A stretch of 64,000 bases of DNA, taken from contig OZ242323.1 of NCBI GenBank assembly GCA_965208165.1, positions 1,364,078-1,428,077 of the forward strand. Direction: 5' to 3'. Made by a program: the position numbers and the translations under genes. Under the pieces are notes generated by a model. It ran no database searches. It was given only the letters and a program-made list of their open reading frames with translations, and had not been told where the DNA came from. Source of the DNA: Vicinamibacterales bacterium. Lineage in GTDB: Bacteria; Acidobacteriota; Vicinamibacteria; Vicinamibacterales; UBA8438. The stretch's first letter is position 1, and the number at the start of each line of letters is the position of its first letter. Of this stretch, positions 54,091-63,257 are shown in pieces.

Positions 54091-54483
54091 ATGCTCGGGC
54101 GCGTTGCGGCCGGCCTCGCCGCCTTGGCGATGCTGGCCGCGTTCGGGTGCGAGCGTGATGCCGGCGACGTGCGGGGCTCGCTGCTGGAGACCATTGCCGA
54201 TCTCGAAGCGATCGCCCGCGACGAGATCGCAATCCTGGACGAGCTGAGCGGCCTGCCGGACACGCGGTCTCGCCACGAGGTGTGGCGGCAGCGCCTGGAC
54301 GAGGCGCGGGACACCCTCGACGAGCTTGCGGCGTTGCGGGCGGAGATCGACGCTTCGACCGAGGCGGAGCTCGCCGGCGACGCCGGCCGGCGCGCGTTGT
54401 CCGTCGTGGAGGAGATTCGCCGCGCCACGGGCGAGCGCATTCAGCGCCTGCAGGTGGAGTTCGGTCGGCAGCGGATCACCTGA
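54091..54483 (+). CDS. hypothetical lipoprotein
   Basis: Lipobox LAAFGC; helical and acidic; starts 4 nt after the DUF1552 stop. Confidence 0.5.
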   Translation: MLGRVAAGLAALAMLAAFGCERDAGDVRGSLLETIADLEAIARDEIAILDELSGLPDTRSRHEVWRQRLDEARDTLDELAALRAEIDASTEAELAGDAGRRALSVVEEIRRATGERIQRLQVEFGRQRIT

Positions 54484-54523
54484 CGGCGGGGCCTTTCCCC
54501 GGCAGCGAGAGGAGACAGCCCCC

Positions 54524-56527
54524 ATGGGATTCATCACTGCAGGGCGCACGTCCCGACGGCATTCGTCCTGGACGGGCCGGGTGGTCTGGGCGCTGGTCGC
54601 GACCGCTATGGCTTCGGCGCCGGCGCCGGTACCGGCCCAGGAGGCGGAACGCAGCGCCGCCGCCGACTGGCCGACCTACAACCGGGACCTCGCCGGCACC
54701 CGCTACTCGCCCCTCGACCAGATCGACCCGTCGAACGTCGCCTCGCTCGAGGAGGTGTGGTCGTACCGGTTCCATCCCGAGGACGGGTTCATCGAGGGGC
54801 CGAGCCCGGCCGAGCTCTTCCAGCAGGTGACGCCGATCGTGGTCGACGGCGTGATGTACCTCGCGTCGGGCAACCGGGTCGTGGCCCTGCGGCCCGAGAC
54901 CGGCGAGGAGATCTGGCGGCACGAGCTGGCCGAGGGGCTGGCGTCGTTCCGCGGGGTCGCCTACGGCCCGGCCACCGACGACCACGAGGCCCGCATCTAC
55001 TTCACGAGCCTGTCGAAGGTCGTCGCCCTGAAGGCGGCGACCGGCGAGCCCGACCCCGCGTTCGGCGACGGGGGCGAGGCGGCCCTGCGCATCCCCTACA
55101 CCGGGGTGCCGGTGGTCTACGACGACACCCTGATCCTGGGCTCGAGCGCCTTCGGGCCGGGACAGCGGCACATCGCGCCCCACCTGAACCAGCCCCGGGG
55201 CGGGGGAGAGCCGGCCCGGGCCTGGCCGCGGGCCCTCGACGCGGTGACCGGCACCCTGCTCTGGGAGTTCCCGACCCTGCCCACCGAGAGCGACTTCGGC
55301 AGCGAGACCTGGGGCAACCAGAGCTGGCGCGACCGCATCGGGAACAACGTGTGGGCGTTCACCCTCACCGTCGACGAGGAGCGGGGTCTCGTCTACATGC
55401 CCGTCAGCAGCCCGGGGTCGAACTTCTACGGCGGCGACCGCCCCGGCGCCAACCTCTTCGCGAACTCGACCATCGCCATCGACATCGCCACCGGCGAGCT
55501 CGCCTGGTACTTCCAGAACATCCACCGCGAGCTGTGGGACTACAACCTGCCGCCGCCGCCCGGCCTGATGGACATCGAGCGCGACGGCGAGGTCATCCCC
55601 GCCCTCGCCCAGGTCGGCAAGTCGGGCTGGATGTTCATCCTCAACCGCGTGACCGGCGAGCCCGTCCACGGGGTCGAGGAGCGGCCGGTGCCCGTCGGCG
55701 ACGTGCCCGGCGAGCAGTACTCGCCGACCCAGCCGTTCCCCCTCGCGCCGCCCCCGGTGTCGCGGGTGAGCATCGGGCCCGACGACATCGTCACCGCCGG
55801 CGACACCACCCCCGAGCACGCCGCCGCCTGCCGCGAGCTGTGGGACACCGTGGGCTACTACAACGACGGGCCCTACACGCCCATCCGCTACCGGCAGGAG
55901 GGCACCCCGCCGTCGCTCGTGTTCCCCGGCACCGGAGGCGGCGTCAATTGGAACGGCACCGCCTACGACCCCGAGCTCGGCTACATCTTCGTCAACTCGA
56001 AGGACCAGCCCATCAGCGGCTGGCTGACGGAGAACGAGGAGTACGGCCCCGAGGTCGAGGACCAGGTGGCCTTCGTCCGCGAGGCGGGCCCGCCGTTCGA
56101 GGCCCCCGTCTTCGACGCCGACGGCGAGCGTCTCGGGGCCCTGCCCTGCTTCAAGCCGCCGTGGGCGCGTCTCGTCGCGGTCGAGGCGGCCACCGGCGCC
56201 ATCGCGTGGGAGGTGCCGCTGGGCATCGACGAGCTCCTGCCCGAGGGCAAGCAGCGCGTCGGCAGCCGCAACGTCGGCGGCGCCATCGCCACCGCGGGCG
56301 GCCTCGTGTTCATCGGGGCCACCGTCGACCGGCGTTTCCGGGCGTTCGACTCGCGCACCGGCGAGGAGCTGTGGTCGGCGGCGTTCGACTACAACGTCGA
56401 GGCCGTTCCCATCACCTACGCGGGCAGCGACGGCCGGCAGTACGTCGCGGCCAACGTCTCGGCCCCGGCGAGTGGCGAGCCGCGGGGGAACGAGCGGCTG
56501 GTGGTGTTCGCACTGCCGGGCGAGTAG
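54524..56527 (+). CDS. PQQ-dependent dehydrogenase (quinoprotein, glucose/sorbosone-DH-like propeller), secreted
   Basis: Signal peptide; DWPTYNRDLAGTRYSPLDQI; repeated propeller W motifs; GAGAGGAG RBS. Confidence 0.85.
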   Translation: MGFITAGRTSRRHSSWTGRVVWALVATAMASAPAPVPAQEAERSAAADWPTYNRDLAGTRYSPLDQIDPSNVASLEEVWSYRFHPEDGFIEGPSPAELFQQVTPIVVDGVMYLASGNRVVALRPETGEEIWRHELAEGLASFRGVAYGPATDDHEARIYFTSLSKVVALKAATGEPDPAFGDGGEAALRIPYTGVPVVYDDTLILGSSAFGPGQRHIAPHLNQPRGGGEPARAWPRALDAVTGTLLWEFPTLPTESDFGSETWGNQSWRDRIGNNVWAFTLTVDEERGLVYMPVSSPGSNFYGGDRPGANLFANSTIAIDIATGELAWYFQNIHRELWDYNLPPPPGLMDIERDGEVIPALAQVGKSGWMFILNRVTGEPVHGVEERPVPVGDVPGEQYSPTQPFPLAPPPVSRVSIGPDDIVTAGDTTPEHAAACRELWDTVGYYNDGPYTPIRYRQEGTPPSLVFPGTGGGVNWNGTAYDPELGYIFVNSKDQPISGWLTENEEYGPEVEDQVAFVREAGPPFEAPVFDADGERLGALPCFKPPWARLVAVEAATGAIAWEVPLGIDELLPEGKQRVGSRNVGGAIATAGGLVFIGATVDRRFRAFDSRTGEELWSAAFDYNVEAVPITYAGSDGRQYVAANVSAPASGEPRGNERLVVFALPGE

Positions 56528-56579
56528 GAGCTTGGGCGACCGCCGGCCGTGACACCTCGGCAACGGCCATACTCGAGGC

Positions 56580-56792
56580 ATGGCCCTTGCCGACTACAAG
56601 GTCGTCCTGTACCGCCAGCGCGACGGCGCGTGGGTCGCGGAAGTGCCGACCATCGGCGGCTGCTACGCACTGATGGACACCCGCGAAGCGGCACTGGCAG
56701 AGCTGCATCGCGTGTTTCGACTGATCGCGGAAGAGCACGCCGAGCGCGGTCAGGCCCTCCCCGTGGACACGACCCAGATCGTGCATGCCTAG
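56580..56792 (+). CDS. hicB: HicB-family antitoxin (UPF0150), apparently solo
   Basis: YKVVLYRQRDGAWVAEVPTIGGCYALMDTREAALAELHRVFRLIAEEH is the HicB RNase-H-like fold signature. No hicA within 100 bp on either side. Confidence 0.7.
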   Translation: MALADYKVVLYRQRDGAWVAEVPTIGGCYALMDTREAALAELHRVFRLIAEEHAERGQALPVDTTQIVHA

Positions 56793-56896
56793 CGCGACGG
56801 CCCGCGATTTCCGCTGTCAGGGGCTCGGGCGGTCCGTGCCAGCCCGCGGCCGCCGCATTCACTCCTCGGGCAGCGCGAACTGCCGTGCCCGCCGCA

Positions 56897-58708
56897 TCAC
56901 TCCTCCGCCAGCGCGAAGGTGACGATCATGTTGCTCCCCATCGGGGCCTCCAGCTCCGAGGCGTAGTTGTTCAGCTGGAAGATAGACGCGCCGCCCACCG
57001 GCACCGTCAGGTACTGGCGGCCGCCCGCGGTGTAGGTGACGGGGAAGCCCGTGATCTGGCTGCCGAGGATGGTCTCCCACAGCACGTCGCCGGTCTCGGC
57101 GTCGAAGGCGCGGTAGCGGCGGTTGAGGTCGCCGTGGAAGACGACGTTGCCGGCGGTGGCGAGGGTCGAGCCGGCGTTGGGGGCGCGCTGGGTGTAGCGC
57201 CACGCCTCGCGGCCGGTGGAGATGTCGATGGCCCGCACCTCGGTGAGGTGGCCGTCGACCTCGAAGCCGGGCTCGGGCTGGGTGAACCGGGGGCTCGCGC
57301 CCGAGACGGAGCGCTCGTTGGTCGTCTGGTTGAGGCACGAGCGGTTGATGGGGACATAGAGCATCCCGGTCTCGGGGCTGTACGACCACGACCACCAGCC
57401 CTTGACGTTGTGGCCGCAGATGATGAACTGCTGGCCGAGCTCGCGGGCGACCAGGTCCATGTTGATGAAGACCTGCCCGGTCGCGGGATCGATGTCGCTG
57501 ATGACGAAGCGCTCGGTGCTGTCGTAGGGGGTCGGGTGGCCCCACAGGAACTCGCCGGTCTCGCGGTCGAGGACGAAGAGGCCGCCGGGCTCGCCCATGG
57601 TGACGACGACCTTGCGCTCCTCGGCGGTGCCGGCGAGGTTGGGGTTGACCCACATCGCCGCCTCGGGGTCGGGGTCGATGACGGTGTCGATGAGGGTCCG
57701 CTCCTGCACGAAGTCCTGGTCCCAGTCGTCGCAGGGCAGGTGCTGGTAGTACCACTCCAGGGCCCCGTCGCCGACGGCAAGGGCCACCGTCGAGTTGGAG
57801 TACAGCTCGCACGGGGTGCTGTCGCCGACGTCCCAGGTGCCCCGGCGCACGATGCGCGGGTAGGGCAGGGGGACGGCGATGCCCCAGTAGATGAGCCCGA
57901 GCTCGGGGTCGTAGCTGCCGGGGGCGCCCCACGGCGACACGTGGACGCGGTCGGCGACGGGCAGCTCGCCCCACGTGCGGCCGCCGGGGTCGTCGGAGCC
58001 GGCCGCGGTGTACATGCGCCACAGCTCGGCCCCGGTGTCGGAGTCGTGGGCCGAGATGAAGCAGCGGGCCTCGACGCTCCGCGGGCTGCAGGTGCGGCCG
58101 GCGAGGACCCGGCCGTCGATGATCATCGCCCCGGTGGAGTGGGTGATGCCGTCGCGGTAGTCGGCCATCTCGGTGTCGAACGCCACCTCGCCGGTGGCCG
58201 CGTCGAGGGCGAGGAGGTGCGCGTCGGCGGTCAGGTGGTAGATGTGGTTGCCGTAGATGGCGAGGTTGCGGGTGCGGTTGCCGAGGGTGACGTACTGGCG
58301 CAGGTCCGGCGGCGACTCGCGCCGGTAGTCCCAGAGCATGTCGCCGGTGGTGGCGTCGAGGGCCTGGATGTGGTCGTCGTTGTGGGCGAGGTACATGACG
58401 CCGTCGTAGACCAGCGGCTGGGTCTGCTGCGGCCCGTCGTCCATCGCCCGCATCCACGCCACCTGCAACTGGTCGACGTTGTCGCGGTTGATCTGGTCCA
58501 GCGGGCTGTAGGCCTGGAAGTCGTACGTCCGGTGGGTCATCAGCCAATCGCCGGGGGCGGGGTCCCGCAGCATCTCGTCGGTGACGGGCACGAACGGCCG
58601 CGCCTCGCGGGTGATCGTCGTGCCCTCCTGGGCCCCCGCGAGGGGTGCGAGGGACAGGGCCGCGAGGGCGGCGAGCAGGCACGCGAGCGTCAGGGGTCGG
58701 TTCGGCAT
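56897..58708 (-). CDS. PQQ-dependent dehydrogenase, methanol/ethanol family (second copy), secreted
   Basis: Signal peptide MPNRPLTLACLLAALAALSLAPLAGAQ; DWLMTHRTYDFQAYSPLDQI; AGGAG RBS. The track fuses it with the upstream gene. Confidence 0.9.
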   Translation of the reverse strand: MPNRPLTLACLLAALAALSLAPLAGAQEGTTITREARPFVPVTDEMLRDPAPGDWLMTHRTYDFQAYSPLDQINRDNVDQLQVAWMRAMDDGPQQTQPLVYDGVMYLAHNDDHIQALDATTGDMLWDYRRESPPDLRQYVTLGNRTRNLAIYGNHIYHLTADAHLLALDAATGEVAFDTEMADYRDGITHSTGAMIIDGRVLAGRTCSPRSVEARCFISAHDSDTGAELWRMYTAAGSDDPGGRTWGELPVADRVHVSPWGAPGSYDPELGLIYWGIAVPLPYPRIVRRGTWDVGDSTPCELYSNSTVALAVGDGALEWYYQHLPCDDWDQDFVQERTLIDTVIDPDPEAAMWVNPNLAGTAEERKVVVTMGEPGGLFVLDRETGEFLWGHPTPYDSTERFVISDIDPATGQVFINMDLVARELGQQFIICGHNVKGWWSWSYSPETGMLYVPINRSCLNQTTNERSVSGASPRFTQPEPGFEVDGHLTEVRAIDISTGREAWRYTQRAPNAGSTLATAGNVVFHGDLNRRYRAFDAETGDVLWETILGSQITGFPVTYTAGGRQYLTVPVGGASIFQLNNYASELEAPMGSNMIVTFALAEE

Positions 58709-58758
58709 CGGTATCTCCTGAGTGCGACGGCCACCGGTCATCGGGGCCCGGCGAGGCC

Positions 58759-59865
58759 CTACCCGTTCTTCGGCACGAACGCGAGAAATCGCCGCGGGTT
58801 GTCGACCATGATCTTGCGGATGGTCTCCTCGGGCACGCCGGCGTAGCGCAGCTTCGGCAGGAAGATCGCCGTCACCGACGAGTACCCGGCCCCGCCGTTC
58901 GCCTTGAGCTCGGCCTCGCGGGCGAAGTCGGCCGACAGCAGCACCTGGTCTTCGTAGCCGGCGTCTATGCACGACACGATCATCCGCAGCTTCTCGGCGT
59001 CGCCCTGCGTGATCTGGTGGCCGACGGTGTCGAAGCCGAGGAACGCGCCGCGGCTCGCCAGCTCGCGGTGCAGCTCGGCCCGGGGGTCGCCGACGATGTC
59101 GGCGAGGTGGCCGATGCACACGAGCCGCGGGTCGACGCCCATGTCCTCGATGATGTCGAGCTGCTCGCGCGCGCACGAGGGGCAGCCCGCGTGCGGGGTG
59201 TGCGTGAACAGGGGCAGCCCGGTGCGCTGGTGCACGAGGCAGCTCGCGCGCAGCACCTTGCGCTCGTCGGCGTGCATGGTCATCGACGAGCCGATCTCGC
59301 CGATGGCCCCCCAACGCTCGGCCTCGGCGTCGCGCTGGAAGTCCGCCGCGACCTCCTCCTCGGTCTGTTGCGCGATCTCGGGCGGATAGCGCGGCTGCGT
59401 CCACAGCCCCCCGGCCATGACGATGTGCAGGTCGACGCGGCGGGCCAGCTCGACGAGCCGGTCGAAGTTCTGGCCGAGGTCGCGGGTGCCGCCGTTGACG
59501 ATGCACGCCACCCCCTCCTGCGCGGTCGCGTTCACCTCGTCGGCCATCAGGTCGAGGTCGGCGGTGAACGACGGCTGCGGGTTCTCGAGAGCGGGCAGCC
59601 AGGGGGGGCGCGGGTCGCCGATGGACAGGTGCTCGTGGAACAGCGTCTGCCCGCCCGCGAGCTCGTCGGGCGAGATGTCGCGAAGCACGGTGCGGATGAT
59701 GGCGCCGTCGGGGAATGTCACCCCGCTGGTCTGGCGCCGGCCCCCCGTCGACGGCAGGCCGACTGCCAGGCTCGGTGCGGCGACGATCCCGATGCCGGCG
59801 GCGCCGAGCCGGCGCAGGGCGCCACGGCGTGTCACGGACATGGACGGGTGCGGGTGCATGGGCAT
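58759..59865 (-). CDS. phosphotriesterase-family (PTE / aryldialkylphosphatase-related) metal-dependent hydrolase, Tat-secreted
   Basis: Tat motif TRRGALRRLGAAG; QTLFHEHLSI (HxH metal ligands) and the TIM-barrel PTE pattern; GGAGAG RBS. Confidence 0.85.
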   Translation of the reverse strand: MPMHPHPSMSVTRRGALRRLGAAGIGIVAAPSLAVGLPSTGGRRQTSGVTFPDGAIIRTVLRDISPDELAGGQTLFHEHLSIGDPRPPWLPALENPQPSFTADLDLMADEVNATAQEGVACIVNGGTRDLGQNFDRLVELARRVDLHIVMAGGLWTQPRYPPEIAQQTEEEVAADFQRDAEAERWGAIGEIGSSMTMHADERKVLRASCLVHQRTGLPLFTHTPHAGCPSCAREQLDIIEDMGVDPRLVCIGHLADIVGDPRAELHRELASRGAFLGFDTVGHQITQGDAEKLRMIVSCIDAGYEDQVLLSADFAREAELKANGGAGYSSVTAIFLPKLRYAGVPEETIRKIMVDNPRRFLAFVPKNG

Positions 59866-59968
59866 GGTTGCTCTCCAGGAAACGGATGGAACTTCGCAGG
59901 CGGCTGCGCCTCGTCGCGCGGACGGGCGGTGCCGCGCCACGGGTGCGGCACGACATCGCCCCGTCGCA

Positions 59969-60058
59969 CTACTCCGCCAGCGGATGCGGATGGACCTGGA
60001 AGCTCACTGTCTCGTTCGTCATCCGCTTGCCGCCCTCGTTGTGCCTGTTGGCAATCCC
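59969..60058. repeat. displaced ~90-bp copy (about 88% identity) of the 3' end plus stop of gene 60702..62864
   Basis: CTACTCCGCCAGCGGATGCGG..GGACCTGGAAGC..AC..TCTCG..CGTCATCC.CTTGCCGCCCTCGTTGTGCC.GTT matches 60702..60791; encodes ..NEGGKRMTNETVSFQVHPHPLAE* versus genuine ..NEGGKGMTSEIVRFQVRPHPLAE*. Confidence 0.75.
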
Positions 60059-60078
60059 GGCAGCTCCCCGTTGCGTTC

Positions 60079-60185
60079 CTATTGTCCCGGCCGTGAAGTT
60101 CGCGAAAGCGCCGGATCGCTGTAAATAACCGTAAACACAGAACAACTGCCGCGTAGAATTGTTCCGCGAACCACCGTTCGACACC
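60079..60185 (-). mobile_element. MITE-like element copy B (reverse orientation, one end degenerate)
   Basis: Reverse complement aligns with copies A and C (..GGCCGTGAAGTTCGCGAAAGC..GGATCGC.. / ..TTGTTCCGCGAACCACC..). Confidence 0.5.
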
Positions 60186-60285
60186 ACGCCAACGGTGCAC
60201 GGGTCGCAGCTCGCCTGCCCGGAAGCCGAGACAGCCGCGCCCGCGAGCAGCACCGTCGTCAGGAGTCGGGGCGGCCTCACCGTTC

Positions 60286-60474
60286 TCACCTGCGCCACAC
60301 CACGTTGGCCATGACGTGCAAGACGGCAATCGTGGCCACGACGCCCACCCCGAGCGATAGCGGCACAAGCGACACGACGGCTGCGTACAGGAGCAACGGC
60401 CCGAGGCCCCAGGCGGTCAGCAACAGCGCACCGAGCAGGACGAGGGCGAGAACGAAGAAAACGAACTCCCTCAT
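60286..60474 (-). CDS. hypothetical 62-aa two-TM membrane protein, bracketed by inverted MITE-like copies
   Basis: MREFVFFVLALVLLGALLLTAWGLGPLLLYAAVVSLVPLSLGVGVVATIAVLHVMANVVWRR; internal Met start chosen. The longer track ORF would run into MITE copy C. Confidence 0.4.
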   Translation of the reverse strand: MREFVFFVLALVLLGALLLTAWGLGPLLLYAAVVSLVPLSLGVGVVATIAVLHVMANVVWRR

Positions 60475-60488
60475 CACCACCGGCTCAT

Positions 60489-60600
60489 CTAGTGTCCCGC
60501 AACTGTGGTTCGTGGAACAGTCTTGAGCGGCATTACTTCTGTTTTTGCAGTCACTTACGGATACCAAAACCGCTCACGAACTTCACGGCCGGGACACTGG
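60489..60600 (+). mobile_element. MITE-like 112-bp element copy C (TIR CTAGTGTCCCG / CGGGACACTGG)
   Basis: Same length and orientation as copy A; 10 of 11 bp terminal inverted repeat. Confidence 0.55.
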
Positions 60601-60701
60601 ATCAGGTCTCGCGACGGGACCTCTCGTGCAGCCGGTGGCCGACCCCGCGCCACGCGGCGGGGCCGGCGCGCAGCATCGCCTCGTTGCCCTACTCCACCGG
60701 C

Positions 60702-62864
60702 CTACTCCGCCAGCGGATGCGGCCGGACCTGGAAGCGTACTATCTCGCTCGTCATCCCCTTGCCGCCCTCGTTGTGCCAGTTCGTCACCGAGTCGTAGCT
60801 GGCCCACACGCCGCGCCCCTTCCAGCCGGCGCCGGCGTCGTCGATGCGGCCGTCGAGGCCGCGGGTGTAGAAGCCGAGCGGATAGGGGACCCGCAGCGTG
60901 ACCCACTCGCCGGTTCCGGGCAGCAGCGCGAGTAGCGCATCCGAGCTGGTGCCGTTCGCGATGGGGACGTTCTCGCCGAGCCCCAGCGTGTCGAACTGGT
61001 CGACCCAGTTGTAGTAGTGGAAGTCGGCGCTGCCCGCCGCCTCCACGCCCTTCATCTGCGGGCCGGGGGTCGAGTACAGCGTCCACCCCTCGGGGCAGTG
61101 CTGCCCGGTGGCGGTGGGGCCGTTCAGCACCCCGCACTTGCCGCGGTCGAAGCTCGCGAGGTGGCCGCTGCCGCCTAGCGCGGTCCAGAGGACCCCGTTG
61201 CGGTCGACGTCGATGCCGCGGCCGCCGTGGCCCCACTGGCCCGGGTCGACGTCGGGGTTCTCGAACGGCGGCTCGTAGACCTCGGCGATGCAGGTCTCGG
61301 GCGGGTTGTCGCCGAGCTCGAGCCGGACGATGTTGCCCGGCACCGGCAGGCGCCGCGCGATCCAGATGGAGCCGTCGACGGGGTTGGGGATGACGCCGTA
61401 GGCGAACCCGTCGATGCGCATGTCCTTCGCGGGGTCGAGCGGCTCGCCGGGCTCGGTGTAGGCGCCGATGACGCCGTCGCCGCTGGTGTCGACGATGGTG
61501 GGGCACCAGCCCTGGGCCGCCTGCTCGTCGCCGGTCTCGTCGTAGAGCCGGGTGTTGAGCCACCCGACGACGTCCGTCGACCCGCTCAGCCAGAGGGTGT
61601 CGTCCTCGTCCTCGGCGAACTGCAGGTGGTGGGTCATGTAGCAGGTGTCGACGTGCACGAACTCGCCGCTCTCGACGTCGTAGTACGAGAGCTGCCGCTG
61701 ACTGCGGTCGATGGGGAAGTGCCGCGCCGAGGGATGGTCCGAGCCCGCCTTGCACCAGTCGGGGTTGTCGGACGGCCGGATGAGCTGGGTGATCCAGAGG
61801 CGCCCCTTGTCGTCCATCATCGGGTTGTGGGCGCTGAAGCCGCGCGCCGTCGAGCGCTCGTCGCCCCAGTACGGCGACGGTATGCGGGCGGCGGTGCCGG
61901 CGTAGGAGTCGCCGCGCTCCGCCATCGGCACGCGGGTCGTCATGTCCAGCCGCTCCGAGCGGTGGGTCACCGGGTCGGTGATGACGAGGCCGGCGCCGCC
62001 GACGCCGTAGACCGGGCCGTTGGCGTACAGGTGGGGGTTGCGCTTGTCGGTGGCGATCTCGTCGTGGACCATCGCGATGGGGTCGCCCCAGCCCCACATC
62101 GTCAGCACCAGGTTGCGTTCCTGCCCCTGCGGGCGGGGCGGCGCCGGCGGGACCTCGCCGGCCGCGATGCGGTCGGTCCAGTCGGCGAACAGGCCCAGCG
62201 CGCGCTCGCGCCCCATGCGGTTGAGCCCGGCGTTCATGCTCGGGCCGCTACGCCCCACCTGCACCCGGTGGTCCCACGCGTCGAGGGTCGAGTCGAAGTC
62301 GTCGATGTCCAGCATGGGCATCTCGCGGGTGGCCACGTTGCCCATCTGGTGGCAGAGCTGACAGCCGTCCTTCAGCCGGTCGACCCACTCGGCCTGGTGC
62401 CGCATGGCCCGGCCGATGCCGTTGCCGTTCGGGCCGGTGCCCGGGAACTCGCTCGCCGCCGGCACCTCGAGCAGCGAGTACCAGTAGTTGGCGGGGTAGA
62501 TGCGCGCCGCCTCCTGCGGGGTGGCCGCCGCGGTCACCGTCAGGGTCACCTCGTCCCCGGGCCGCGCCGCCTGCTTCCCGGAGTCGACGAGGCCGTAGCC
62601 GCGCACCCAGAGCTCGTAGCCGGCGTCCGGCAGGTCGGGCACGAGAAACCGGCCGTCGTCGCCGGTGACGACGATCTTGCGGAACGTGGTCTCGAGGTCG
62701 CCGGTCTCGGCGATCACCCATACCCCGGCCTCGCCGCCGCCGGCGCCCCGCACGACGCCGCTGATGTCCTCGTCGGCCGCCGCCGCGCCGCCGCCGGTCA
62801 GCAACAGGACGACGCCGGCCAGGAGCAGAGCCCCCGGGAATCCGATCCGCGATGTCACGCGCAT
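60702..62864 (-). CDS. large secreted protein: N-terminal CarboxypepD_reg-like domain plus CxxCH motif
   Basis: Signal peptide MRVTSRIGFPGALLLAGVVLLL; GVVRGAGGGEAGVWVIAETGD...FRKIVVTGDDGRFLVPDL (carboxypeptidase-regulatory-like fold); CQLCH haem motif; strong AAGGAGG RBS. The track ORF has a 376-codon false 5' extension. Confidence 0.7.
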   Translation of the reverse strand: MRVTSRIGFPGALLLAGVVLLLTGGGAAAADEDISGVVRGAGGGEAGVWVIAETGDLETTFRKIVVTGDDGRFLVPDLPDAGYELWVRGYGLVDSGKQAARPGDEVTLTVTAAATPQEAARIYPANYWYSLLEVPAASEFPGTGPNGNGIGRAMRHQAEWVDRLKDGCQLCHQMGNVATREMPMLDIDDFDSTLDAWDHRVQVGRSGPSMNAGLNRMGRERALGLFADWTDRIAAGEVPPAPPRPQGQERNLVLTMWGWGDPIAMVHDEIATDKRNPHLYANGPVYGVGGAGLVITDPVTHRSERLDMTTRVPMAERGDSYAGTAARIPSPYWGDERSTARGFSAHNPMMDDKGRLWITQLIRPSDNPDWCKAGSDHPSARHFPIDRSQRQLSYYDVESGEFVHVDTCYMTHHLQFAEDEDDTLWLSGSTDVVGWLNTRLYDETGDEQAAQGWCPTIVDTSGDGVIGAYTEPGEPLDPAKDMRIDGFAYGVIPNPVDGSIWIARRLPVPGNIVRLELGDNPPETCIAEVYEPPFENPDVDPGQWGHGGRGIDVDRNGVLWTALGGSGHLASFDRGKCGVLNGPTATGQHCPEGWTLYSTPGPQMKGVEAAGSADFHYYNWVDQFDTLGLGENVPIANGTSSDALLALLPGTGEWVTLRVPYPLGFYTRGLDGRIDDAGAGWKGRGVWASYDSVTNWHNEGGKGMTSEIVRFQVRPHPLAE

Positions 62865-63055
62865 GTCGACCTCCTTGAGCAACCGGGTCCACGTCGATGG
62901 CGTACAGTGTATGTCGCCGTGAGGGAAAGTGGCACCGTCGATGTGGTGCGCGCGGCGAGGAACACCGAACTGCGTCTTCGATGCCCCGCCCGCTGGCGGC
63001 GAGGCGAGACCTCGCGTTGCACCGAGAGCCGCGGGGCGGCTAGCGGGCCGAAGGG

Positions 63056-63128
63056 CGCCGTGGGCGGAGAGCGCCGTGGGCGGAGAGCGCTCGTGGGCGG
63101 AGAGCGCCCGGGGCGGAGAGCGCCCGTG
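63056..63128. repeat. tandem repeat, 16-17-bp unit x4 (GGGCGGAGAGCGCYCGT) in a divergent promoter region
   Basis: CGTGGGCGGAGAGCGCCGTGGGCGGAGAGCGCTCGTGGGCGGAGAGCGCCCGGGGCGGAGAGCGCCCGTG. Confidence 0.7.
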
Positions 63129-63257
63129 CCTCATCGCGGGCGACGAGGGAGACTGCTCGGGGTATTGACCGCCCACGTGCAACGCGGCCCGGCGGGATGC
63201 ATCGCCGCTCGCATGCGGGGGTGACTCCTCGCCACGGGCTGGCGGGGGAGACAGCTC

